Assembly: GCA_964199315.1 (NCBI GenBank)
Contig: OZ116702.1
Location: 14,694,001-14,758,000 of the forward strand
Length of the DNA stretch: 64,000 nucleotides
Direction of reading: 5' to 3'
Origin: Orbicella franksi
Lineage: Eukaryota
The notes beneath the pieces are model-generated. The model saw only the letters and a program-made list of their open reading frames with translations, was not told where the DNA came from and did no database searches. The position numbers and the translations under genes were made by a program. Shown piece by piece: positions 38,801 to 49,833 of the stretch (within the stretch, counting starts at the first letter, position 1; every line of letters starts with the position of its first letter).

Positions 38801-40315
38801 TGAACTCTGGATAATGGGACAGCTGGTTATGAGAGGAAACAAAGTTGTCATTCCAGAAAAGTTGTGGACCAGACCATTCAACTGGCTCATGAGGGTCACC
38901 AAGGGATGGTGCGAACGAAATCTCGATTAAGAGAGAAAGTATGGTGGCCGACCTTGACAAACAAGTTGAAAAGTTAATCCGAGCCTGCTACCCATGCCAG
39001 CTGGTTGGACCCAGACCAAAGCCAGAACCAATAAGGTCAACACCACTGCCTCAAGGCCCATGGAGTGAAATTGCTGTGGACTTACTAGAGATTCCAAAGA
39101 AGGGACACTTGCTCGTTGTAGTTGACTATTATTCTAAGTGGCCAGAAATAGCTTTTCTGACCAAGACAGATGCAGGAAATGTGATCAAATGCATGGAGAG
39201 CATGTTTCGCACTCATGGTTTGCCTGAAACCCTCAGAAGTGATAATGGTCCACTGTTTGCTTCACGAGAATTTGAAGGATTCCTCGAGTACTTATCGATT
39301 GATCACAAGAAGGGCATCCCGTATTGGCCTCAAAGTGATGGCGAAGTAGAGAGGCTCAACAAAACCCTCCTGAAGGCAATCCGAATAGCACAACTACAAG
39401 GCAAAGATTGGAAGAGAGAAGTACAAGACTTTCTTTTCCAGTATCGCAGCACTCCCCATACAGTCACTTCACTATCTCCAGCTGAGCTCCTTACGGGCAG
39501 AAAGTTAAGAGATAAGTTGCCACAGGTTAAACCTTCTTGTGATCAGGCTACTGAAGCAGAGTGGCAAATTCTTCTCAGAGAAAGGTATGCTCGCAGGAAG
39601 CTAAGAGAGAAAGAGTATGCTGACTCAAAGAGACATGCCACAACAAGTGACATTGCAGAGGGCGACATGATCCTGCTACGTCAGAACCGCGAGAACAAGT
39701 TGTCACCAACATTTGAGCTCGAGCCGTATCGAGTAGTAGAGAAGAATGGAAATGCAGTTATCATTGAGAATTCTTCTGGCCAAAGTAAAATGAGGAATAC
39801 TGGTCACATGAAGAAGTTTGTAGACCCAGGTGCTTCAGGAACTGAGCCCCCGGCTCCGTCAAAAACAACTGACACACCCAAAGAAGGAGCTAGTTTCGAG
39901 CAAGATTCGATGGATGGAATTCAGCTGGATTCCCAAAGACAAACTGTACCTTCTGCAGTTCCAGAAAAGCCGGATAGTCGTCCAGTCAGAAAAAGAGAGA
40001 GCCCTAAGTGGATGAAGGACTTTATTTGCCAAAAGTGACTGAACTCTAAAGACTGTTTATTGTGTATCAATTGTCGACATTTTATTCATTTGTTTTGAGA
40101 CATTGAACTGAAAGAGCCAAGATTAGTTCATATGTTTTTTTTATTAGACTTTGTGGAGCTCTTTATTAAGTTAGGGAGGGATGTAGTGTATGTCCATATA
40201 TGGTATTTCCTTATTTGGAAGTGACCATGTGCTTGAATAGAAGAGACCATCTAAAATGGCGGATTAAAACGTTGTGTTGTCAAATCCAGTCTCTGTTTGT
40301 TCCGCAAACACCACA
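35847..40315 (+). mobile_element. Full-length Ty3/Gypsy LTR retrotransposon, nearly intact
   Basis: 134-bp LTRs (35847-35980, 40182-40315; 2 mismatches), 5-bp TSD CTATT, PBS TGGCGACAAGGAT (35984-35996, tRNA-Ser-like with 1 mismatch) and PPT AGGGAGGGA. Confidence 0.95.
35995..40038 (+). pseudogene. Single Gag-Pol ORF with small frameshifts
   Basis: Two zinc knuckles (CWRC..GH...C, CSKC..GH...C), IIDSGATCN, NIHDDIRV, TTDASPVGIGAVL, integrase AHEGHQG...CYPC, SDNGP, GEVER. Frameshifts near 38870 and 38950. Confidence 0.92.
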
Positions 40316-41978
40316 CTATTAAAGCGAGTTTTCATTCAGTCTTAACTACTTTTTGGCAAGTTTCAATATTTATGCAAATTCCGTGCGAAATGTAATTTGA
40401 TTACAGTCTTGTTTTCAATCTCTAGATTGAATCTTGAATGGTGAAAACAAAACTCTTTTTAATGAAAGTTGCATTCTGTGAATGAAATCCTGCTTCAGTT
40501 GAATTGAACAATCAATTGCTGACTACAATCTTATTTAATTTTCCATTTTTTTCAAAGTTATTTTTTGTTTAAGAACACAAATGTCACTTCCGGTTTTTTT
40601 TCATCAAAGGATGTCGATTTCGCGTTGCGTTTCCCAGGGATTATAAAAAAACATGTAGCTGGAAGGAGAAGATTTTCAGTGGCTTCACACTTGAAAACGA
40701 GGATTCATATTATTTTGCACTGTAAAACATTTATTCCAATTACATACATGACAATTTCTTTTACAAGTGCGTGTCGTGCTCGAGCTCCGTTCGACCGTTG
40801 CTTTGTTAACAACATCCTTGCTTCCTGATTGGATTACGATCACCGCACCAAGCCCGCAATGAGGCGGGCTATAAATGTTTAAGCACAATTACACCGAACG
40901 ATTATCGATCCCGAACCATTCCCTTGGGATTGCTAACAGCTTTTTTCTACTACATAGAGTCTAATGCGCATGCGCATTAGACTCAAAAACCCTCCGGCAC
41001 CCAGGGTAATCTAATTACAGGCTGATTTCAATTTTGCTTGCAATTAGCAAAATCTTAGAGAGGGCAGTTGAGACTCAACTTTATACCTACCTAAGAGAGA
41101 ATAATTTGATTTCGTCATAAAACTAAACTCTTATTATTAGGTAGTAGTTTTCGCCTAATTAAAGTTGAGTCCATTTGAATTTCTGCTGATGACATGCTTT
41201 CCTCTCGATAACGTGGACTCTTATACGTACTTGGGAAAAGTGATTAACAACCGGTTCTCCTGGTCTGACCACATTGAGTTTTTCCAAAATTAATAAGTTG
41301 GGCTTTTTGAGACGTTTTAAGTGCCACCCCCTTAGTGCAAGAGTTACTTTTTTAAGATATTTATTTTACCTCTTTTTGACTACGAGAATATAATTTGGAA
41401 TGATAGAAGAAATGCCTCCTTAATGTTTGAGCTACAAGTTTTACCAAATAAGGCTACTCGCCATATATTAGATTATCCTAAACATTTATCTGCAACTGAA
41501 GCGATAAAGAGACTTGAATGGGAGCCTTTAGTGTGCCGTAGTTTGGAACATCATGCTGTTTACATATGTAAGTTAATTAAATAGCAATCTCATTCAATCG
41601 CGATTTCATAGTTATAATACCAGCTCTGAAAATAATACCCGTTAATCTATTGCCAACAGAACATGGGGCCACTGGACGTTAATTAATCTGGTTTCAGGAA
41701 TATTGAATAAATTAGACATCGCTGACGGCATTTAAACTTGGCTCGTAAAAGGCCGTTTTATGATCGTATCGTTTTAATTATTTCCTTTAGGCTTTTGTAC
41801 ATCTATGTTCTAAGATTTTCTGTTTTATAATTTGTTTTTATTTTATTTTCCTTCAAATTTTGTACATATAGTCTTAGATGTTATATTTCTTAATTTTTTG
41901 TTAATTTTCATATATGTACATTTTCTGAGGACCCTTCTGTAAACCACTTTATTGTGATGTTGGTATCCTCATTAAAGA

Positions 41979-42150
41979 CTCCCACTACCCAACACAAACT
42001 CTCTGTAGCCAGAACCCTTCTCGACAGAGCAAAGAAGATCCCTTCAACTGAGGATGGCAAATTACCTGAAGTACAACACGTAGTCGACGCACTCCATATG
42101 GCTACACGGACCACTTCATAAAAAGCTGCCAAAAGACGACAACACCAGCA
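41979..42150 (+). mobile_element. Penelope-like RT thumb-region fragment
   Basis: Encodes QHKLSVARTLLDRAKKIPSTEDGKLPEVQHVVDAL. Confidence 0.6.
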
Positions 42151-43603
42151 AATCTGTCTCAAACACGCAGAGGTTTAAGCAGTAAACTCTGCGGCACCCA
42201 CCTACCCGAAATATAAGGAAGCACCCCCTTTTTCTGGATATCCGCATAGGAATGTCATGAATGGTACACAATTCGCTTATTGTAGCCAATCGGGTAACAC
42301 GGTAATTTCAAATGATATAAAGGGGTTTTCTCAATAAGAAAATCTTGAAAAAACATTTAAATCAGGAATAATGGAGCAGAAACACTCCAGTATGCTACGA
42401 TAAGTGGTAAGAGTATTTGGGACACTGGAGCAATTATGACAACCTTGGGGCTCAAAAGTTCATATTTCACTTTACCCTCCCCCCATTCCCCATCCAACAA
42501 TGTTGAGATATAGCCGCAGTATTGAATGACCAACACTGCACCGGGGGTGGGAGGGAGAGGCAATCACGAATGTAGCCTATTAGGGAAAATAAGGTGTCCC
42601 ACTGACTCTTTAACCACTCATTGTAGCGTCTGCGAGCAGCCGTCTCACAGATTAAATAACACGCAAGTAGAATTAACTTCGGCACAGCAAAACTGTGTAT
42701 ATCATAAAACCAATTTTTGTTGGAGCAATTTTGCTTTACGAGTGTGCTAGGCCATTGCATTAGCGATGTTTGAATTTATTTATAGGTAATAACTACCCGT
42801 CCAAAGGCGAAACAAGTTATATATTATTATTATTATTGTTATTATTATTATTATAATGAACCTGGGAACGAGTATTTTAATTGTATTTGTTATTATTAAT
42901 TTGTTATTGCCATTTTAGGCAGCAACATGCTCACACGAAGCACCAAAGAAAGTCCCCACCCCCACCCATGACTCACGCAAACACACACACCCTCAAATGC
43001 TAATTTCGGGATTTCTCCCCACACTACCCCGTTGATTTAATGACTACACCGAGCAGTAAAAACCAAATCGAAGATTTCTGAGAAAGATCCAATTTCTTGT
43101 ATTTTACTTTGTAGATTTCGTGCGTATTACCCACAGTTGACCACGTTTACCACAGGGGCGTAGCTACCTGTACGCACGTGCGTACCTGAAAAAGCCGAAA
43201 ATAAAAAAGAAGTAAACTAAAATATATGTACAAGTATCAGGCAGTCTCTTATACATGTTGAAAAACATAACGCAAGACTTAAATTAACTAGGTAATTCTA
43301 AGTTTGCTGGGAAGAGAAACAGGATTGCCTCTGTGGCTGTAACGGGAAACTGGCTAAATTTACGACTTAGTTATCATGTCATATCAAGAAAGAACGCTTA
43401 CACTCACAACATAACCTCACCATTACACTCGCGTCATAAACAGAATTTTTAAAAAGACATGTGAAAAGGTTAGGAATCACCGACGCGTAGCCAGCTCACC
43501 GAGCGCGAAATTCAAAATTCTTCGGAAGCGATAAGTGCTACAAACCCGGCCTTTGTGGGGGTGGGTGCAGCAATGATTGTTGTAGCTTGGACACATCTGA
43601 AAG

Positions 43604-43784
43604 ACACACATGGATGATAGGAGTTCTGTGACACCCCTAAGCAGAATGATTAAAATAGGGAAAAAAAACCCCCCACCATAAAACTCACTCGCGAAGCTCG
43701 CTCGTTTTATGATGGGGGGCTTTTTTCCCTATTTTAATAATTCTGCTTAGGGGTGTGCACAGAACTCCTATCATCCATGTGTGT
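43604..43784. repeat. 181-bp near-perfect palindrome centred on GCGAAGC
   Basis: Arms ACACACATGGATGATAGGAGTTCTGTG...AAAAC and GTTTT...CACAGAACTCCTATCATCCATGTGTGT; the axis at 43694 is the middle base of GCGAAGC (43691-43697). Confidence 0.9.
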
Positions 43785-43844
43785 GTTACTGTTACACTAC
43801 TACTCAGGAAAGTTTTCTCTGCGAGAGCGTGAAGGGTCCCTTGA

Positions 43845-43960
43845 AGTTTGCGAAGAGGGCCCACCGCAAACGAAAAGGACCCACCGCAAACGAAAAGGAC
43901 CCACCGCAAACGAAAAGGGCCCTGCGCAAACCAAAGGGCCCCACAGCAAACAAAAGGGCG
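43845..43960 (+). repeat. 20-bp tandem repeat (about 5-6 copies)
   Basis: Unit CCACCGCAAACGAAAAGGAC. Confidence 0.85.
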
Positions 43961-44452
43961 GTAGCACTTTTTGAAGTTATTTAATGAATTTTAAAGCGTC
44001 GAATCATTAGTGTCTTTAAAATTGGCGCGTTATCATGCTAAGAACTCTAACAGTGATGAAACAAAGCTCAAATCCTCCGCTTTTCCCTTTTGCTCGTTTT
44101 CCTTAACGTCATTTATAACGTGATTATAAAAGTTGATGACGTCTTAAAAGGGTGGGCGGACATTAAAAACTTATCCTGAAAATTACTTACTTTATTAAAT
44201 TAACTGCGTGTGTGTTTTTAGATTATTCAACTACTGGCGCAAGGAATATGAATGAAAACATGTTGTCCGCAAGCCGGAATATGTGACTCGTATGTACTCG
44301 TATCCTGACTCTAATGTACTCGTACTTGTATGTTACTAGTATGTATCTGTACGTACTTGTATGTTACTCATATGGTACTCGTGTCACTCCTGTGGTGCTG
44401 TAGTCACCTTTCAAAGGCAACCTTGACACCTGGGATCATGTTCTGTACCTAC

Positions 44453-44993
44453 CTTGGACTTGCGGTTAAACTTTGATTCATCGATTTGTATAATAACGCC
44501 TGGGTCGCCTAACTGTGGGATTGGGTGGCGTAGTAGTGTTTCCCATGCAACCTCCCGGCACCTTCGCGCAAACTTGACCAAAACTTTCTGTGATGCTGTC
44601 CCTTCAATCTCCATTACTTTCAAGGAATCACTCTGTGCCCATTTCCAAAGAAAGTGCAAATGTCTTCCTAAAGAAATTCTGCTTCCAGCGAAATATGAAT
44701 TTGCTCTCACTGAGGAAGCACGTCTACATCGGAGACATCTCCTGTTGAAGTTTTAAACATATATTTTTTAAAGGAAGTTTTTTCATATTTTCTAAACATT
44801 GAGCAGGAAAAATTGGGTTTAACTACTCACCAAATGTATGGCGAGTGAGCCGCATCGCCTTCCGACAATTCACACAGTTGACACTTCTTTTCAAAAGTCT
44901 CCTCCTTTGTAACCAGTTTATTACACGGAGTTTGTTCCCTCTATTAACTCCAAATATAAGGGGCCCAAGTTCATCCCGAAAAAAATTGGGCAT
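44453..44993 (-). pseudogene. Merlin/ISXO2-like transposase, two 5' exons (44993-44831, 44741-44453), truncated
   Basis: Exon 1: MPNFF...WLQRRRLLKRSVNCVNC (zinc ribbon). Exon 2: WRCLRC...SVRANSYF...LGDPGVIIQIDESKFNRKSK. GT-AG boundaries. Downstream catalytic exons not found. Confidence 0.8.
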
Positions 44994-45522
44994 TCCAGGT
45001 AGCGTTACTTTCACTTAACGCGAATGGCAAAAGTCCTTGAAAGATCGCAGTTTGCTCCCGAAAAGAGCGCTTGCTACTGAGAAGCCAAGGAAAAGACATC
45101 TGGAATTTGTCATAAATGTTTCAGTTAACATATAGTTCATATATGGCACCATTTCCGCTAACTGACTAAGTTTGTTTTTTATTTTTAAGGCAAAAGAAAT
45201 ACTGCCGAGCCTAGCACCTTAAGAAAAGGAAGGATGAAAGCTTCAATAACAATCGGATTTTGCCCTAACCCTAACCCTAAGTCTTCTGGAATTTCTTTGG
45301 TACAGGCTTCCTCGTTTTATAAAAAAAAACGTGACTTATTTTTTTTCTCGCAGAAACAAATTTCCAAGTCGCTTCCCTTGTTGATATGTGATATTTAAAG
45401 TAGAAATTGAAATAAAACTTGCTAAAAAAATGTGCTAAGTTGATTGGTATACGATTGTTTTAAACTAAACCTGACCAGAGTCACATTCAGTTAAAGGGTT
45501 TGAAAAAATGCCCAAACAAAGA

Positions 45523-46303
45523 GAAAAACACCCACGCACAGGATAACACCAAAGATCAAAAGAAACTGCCGCGCGTTTCAGGCTGGGTCTTTCAGATCGC
45601 TGTGTGCATATTAACCGGAAATTTTACATTTTTGGTTAAGAGTCGGCATACTTCAATAGGATTACCACTGAATTTAAGCCTCCGACAAAGATTTAAGTCT
45701 GTTATCAATTTTCTCTCAGAAACAAATGTTGAAATAAAAACTAGTGAGCAGCACTATTCATTCCGTGTTATCGCAGAGACCTTACCAAGGAGGGTAAAAA
45801 TGTTCATGAAGGAACTTAGCACTAAGGGGCTAACCATTTCATTACTGAGGGTGGGGGAATGTTGAAAAAATCCAGCCATAATATGTGCACTGGAAAAACA
45901 TTCAGATACGTTCACAGAGCCGTAAAGAATGTTATACAAAGGAGGAAAACATCATGCATGCACATGCCCTGAGAAAAAAAAAAACTTGCGTATAAAAGGG
46001 TTTGAAAAAAAAATGCCCAAATCAAATCATTCAACCAGCCCCCTTAACAAAAAGTGAAATGGTCTGCCCCTTAATGCTCACAGTTTATTGCTTGGGGTGT
46101 GAAGAGAAAAAACACCCACGCGCAGGATAGTCAGGATATACCACCAAAGATCAAAAGAAACTGCCGCGTGTTTGAGGCTGGGTTTTCAGATCGCTGTGCG
46201 CATGAATGAAAACCGGAAATTTTACATTTTTGATTAACAGTCGGCATACTTCAATAGGATTACCACTGAATTTAAGCCTCCGACAAAGATTTAACTCTGT
46301 TAT
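45523..46303 (+). repeat. About 190-bp diverged direct repeat pair (45523-45704, 46105-46303) with an intervening MITE-like piece of about 245 bp (45826-46070)
   Basis: Shared GAGAAAAACACCCACGC...AAGCCTCCGACAAAGATTTAA; MITE ends GGGGCTAACCATTTC / GAAATGGTCTGCCCC. Confidence 0.7.
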
Positions 46304-46964
46304 ATATTTTAACCAATAAAGAGCTACTTCAGGTCGCTCATTTTATCTGAGTAAAATTATATCTACTGAAACTGCTTGTTAGATGTTTGTGTTTTGCCTA
46401 AACTAGATCTGTCTTAACCAAATCGGAAACGAACCAAAACGTTTGCTTTGTAATTGTTGCCAACAGATTTAATTCTGCTTTAAACATGTTACACCTTCAG
46501 CTGAAACGACGCATTGTGGGGTGACACACAGAAGGTTAGCGCGTGTGAAATTCACACGAAGCATTGATCATGAGATGGCTGAAGATCATCTAATATGTAC
46601 GCCCCCATGCAAAGAATAACAGGTATTTTAAAAATTCTCCTTCTTTTAATTACCGCTTGTAAACTGCACGCACGTGAACGTATTTGAGCAGCACATTGAA
46701 GGCTGGAAGTCAGCCATTCTCTTTGTGAAACTTTTTTGGTACTTTTTGTCATTTTGTCATGATTTTTTTCATAAGCAGTATGGCAAAATAAAAACTAACT
46801 AATGTAAGCCACAACTTGAAAAAATTTCTGTCAAAGAAAATAGTCTCTGGCAATTGTTAATTTCAACAATGTCACAGAATGATCTCCAAGGGTGACCTTG
46901 GCCAGTATATATCTCTCTTCAAGTAAGGTGGTAATATTATCTGGTACCAGAACTCTCTTTCGTT

Positions 46965-49833
46965 ATGGCTGAGTCGCGGAAGAAGAAGTGTAGGATATGT
47001 GGTTTGGCAGATGGGCACACACTCATCAATTGCCCAAACAAATGCAAGTTTTGCGGCGACTCGATTACGCGTTGCAATTGTTTAGATTCCAGTTTAGTAC
47101 GTGGAGTTATGGACTCTGAAACACCCAAGAAGAAGAGTGCGGACATGATGCCGAATACCAGTAAACGAAAGGCGGGAACCGTTGATCTGGACGATTGGTA
47201 AGACATAATGTTTATATGCCAATTCGAGATGAAAAAATCAAAACAAATATTTTAAAGCTAGTCACCTTATTAGTATGATGATTTAGCGTCAAGGTTATTT
47301 AGATTTAAACAGACTAAAGAATATATGTATATATCGAAAATAGATAACAAACAAACTTGAAACAAAACAAATCAGTTACAAAGGACCGTTCAGATAATCA
47401 ATGGATATCCGTTCAAACAGGCATTTGTGATTTAACTACTTTGTATCATTTGTTTACAGTGTAGAGGAAACCAATAAAGCCACCCGCGAGAAGATAGAGA
47501 AGACAAGTATGGCCAAAAAGTTCAAAGATATTCAAAGTGACCTCGCAGCTGCCCGAGAACGGATTCGGCAATCTGATGAACTGTACAAAAAGAGGGAGGC
47601 CGAGTATCAAGCTACCATAGCAGCAATGCAACAAAGAGTTGAGGAGCTAGAAGGTACGCAAAAACAATTATCGCAAATGTATGTTTCCGTCGCTTTTTGT
47701 CAATTTTGTGTACGCAAACTGTGGAAGGTTGAATGACCGGGATGGTAGGAGCGCGAAACGCACAGAAATTAATTACACTCTATTTTTCACAAAATTATAA
47801 CAAATCGACAAAATATAGACGTTCTCTAACTCTCAGTCTTGGGTATGTTCTTAGCATGTTCTTAAAATTTTGGTAAATCTCAGTTTCAACGTTCTTATAA
47901 AAAAAGGTTCATATATAAGGGCGTATGTTCTTCAGGTTTTTTACCGTTCACCCTCAGGGGTGTCTCACGTCGAAACGATGTAGTACACCTGGGTTAAACT
48001 GCAGATACCTCAAACCCTATAACAAATTGAAGTTTTAAGAGCTGTCTGTTTAAATATGCCATCCTTTTTGTAAGAAATTGATCTGTAGAATTTTTCATAC
48101 TGTCTAAAGGCGAGCGTTTGATTTGGCTTTTGAACGCTATGACTCAAAGCCAATTTTGTATTTCACTAATTTGATTTGATCCTGGGTTTCCGGACTTAAG
48201 GCGCTAAAAAATGGTGTCTGCGTTTTATCATATTGGACTCAAGTGAAAAGTAACAGAACATTTTCGAAAAGAGCCGGAAAAAATGTTGGATTGGTCACAC
48301 ACTGATGTATCTCTAAGAAAAAGTTTTGAGAATTAACAATTGCAGACAGGGTTTTGTTGTTTAAGACGGTCTCCGCGGAACATTTGAGCAATAAAGGCAC
48401 AAATAAAGATACCAGAAAGAACTTGTAACATGTTAACAGTCTGAATATAGTTTTAGAAGAACTTATCAAAACTTTAGCTAACCCTAACCCTAACTCTGTG
48501 TAAAATCTCCACCGTTCTTGTTACTTTTTTGCGGGGGATCGTTTGCGTGTAGAAACAATCTACAATCGATATTTAGCGAACAATAAATGTTAGGCATTAT
48601 TTGAGGCGCAGCCTTGGAAGAATGAAGCTTAAGTCAGTCCAGAGACACGAGTAAGGTTAAGTTAGCATTTGCTTAATATATTTGTATTTGGCTATGTAGG
48701 GGCGCGGGCGACTTTTCCGGGCAAAGACGGAGACGTTGAGGACGAAGATACCGACGAAGGTACCGAATTGAGTGAAACCGGAGATGAGGAACCAAACCCC
48801 TAGGAGCCAAAAAAAGACAAGGACTCAAAGAATCACCCAGGTTTGTTGGAAATACATTGCCTCCTTAACTTTAGTATCGCAGATCGTCACAGATAACAAA
48901 AAATCTAGAGAAAAGAGACGTAGGCGTTAGGGAACGTTTAAGATAGTACGTCTCTTACAATAGGGCAGCAAAGGGGCGGGGGGGTCATGGTCACGCACAA
49001 ATTTTAACGAAACTCACGTGTCACGTTTACTTGAAACAGCAGATTATGTCAAAAATTAACGAATTTCGTTTCTGTTCTCGCTATTTTCACGCGTCACTCT
49101 CTAATTTTTGCCCTTATCACGCGTCACGCATAAACCTCTGCTACCCTCTTACAAGTTATCTGAAAATTTTCTACGAACTATTGCCGGACGACTATTTTAA
49201 ACTCCTCAAATATAAAATACTAGAAAGTTTATGTGAAAAGTGATAAGGTTTGGTAATACCGCTTAGGACTTTCTAACTCGCTATCACACAATATCGCCTG
49301 AATGTAAACGAGTAAGTATACGATTGCGGCTGCTAATTCTAGAAGAAAACTGATGTACATGATAATTTGACAAATATCTGCCAAACATATCATTTAGTGT
49401 AGGTGAAGTTTCAATATTTCATAAATTGGGGAAACGAATGGTAATGAATTCTGAATTAGGACTTTTTCTTTCTAATATTCCAGGATTGGTCACAGGATCC
49501 AATTTGCAAGGGATCCACGACAGATATCTAGGCGTTCTCCAAATAATGAAAGATAACCAGTGCTCCCTTGCGGAGGCCATGCGACGTTTCGGTGTCCCTC
49601 GAAACACCCTCAGGGTCTTTATTGGCATCTGCGAATTAAGGGTCGTCGACGAAGAAAAGTACGAGAGGGTGGTCCAATCTGTTACGGAAAGGACGGGTAA
49701 GACGTCGGTAAAATTAATCGAATCAAAATGCAGGGAAGCGCTAAGTGATTATCGCGCCCAATCAAATAGGTTAAAAAGCGAGGGAAAGCTTCTCCCTTTT
49801 TACCCACAGGATGATTTTTATTTGGGAAAATAA
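46965..49833 (+). pseudogene. Spliced CCDC106-like gene (Cys-rich N-terminus, coiled coil, acidic/basic linker, CCDC106-like C-terminal domain) inside the Merlin
   Basis: Phase-compatible GT-AG exons 46965-47197, 47460-47678, 48594-48655 (tentative), 48700-48840, 49484-49833. The last exon, GIHDRYLGVLQ...SLAEAMRRFGVPRNTLR...ICELRVVDEEK...KLLPF, matches the CCDC106 C-terminal pattern as recalled. In-frame stops at 48652 and 48801. Confidence 0.65.

Larger units (their letters stand above)
35006..41008. mobile_element. Non-autonomous TAC...GTA element with a 9-bp TSD (putative AcademH-type); about 1.5 kb without the nested Gypsy
   Basis: 24-bp TIR TACCCTGGGTGCC(A/G)GAGGGTTTTT, perfect TSD ATCTAATTA (34997-35005 / 41009-41017), and a 28-bp perfect palindrome at 40957-40984. 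Confidence 0.8.
34760..41978 (+). mobile_element. Old CR1/L2 LINE relic, internally deleted and split by the 35006-41008 insertion
   Basis: GLDRIGAGLLKHA..FITP.L..LFN...FPSKWKTAK, then DLSNYRLISILLAISKILERAV (rejoined across the insertion), YLG...WSDHIE, and a 3' end GAGGACCC...ATTAAAG near 41930-41978. Confidence 0.7.

Noticed and set aside
43150-43200. hAT-like terminus CAGGGGCGTAGC
   Set aside because: No matching inverted partner or 8-bp TSD found.
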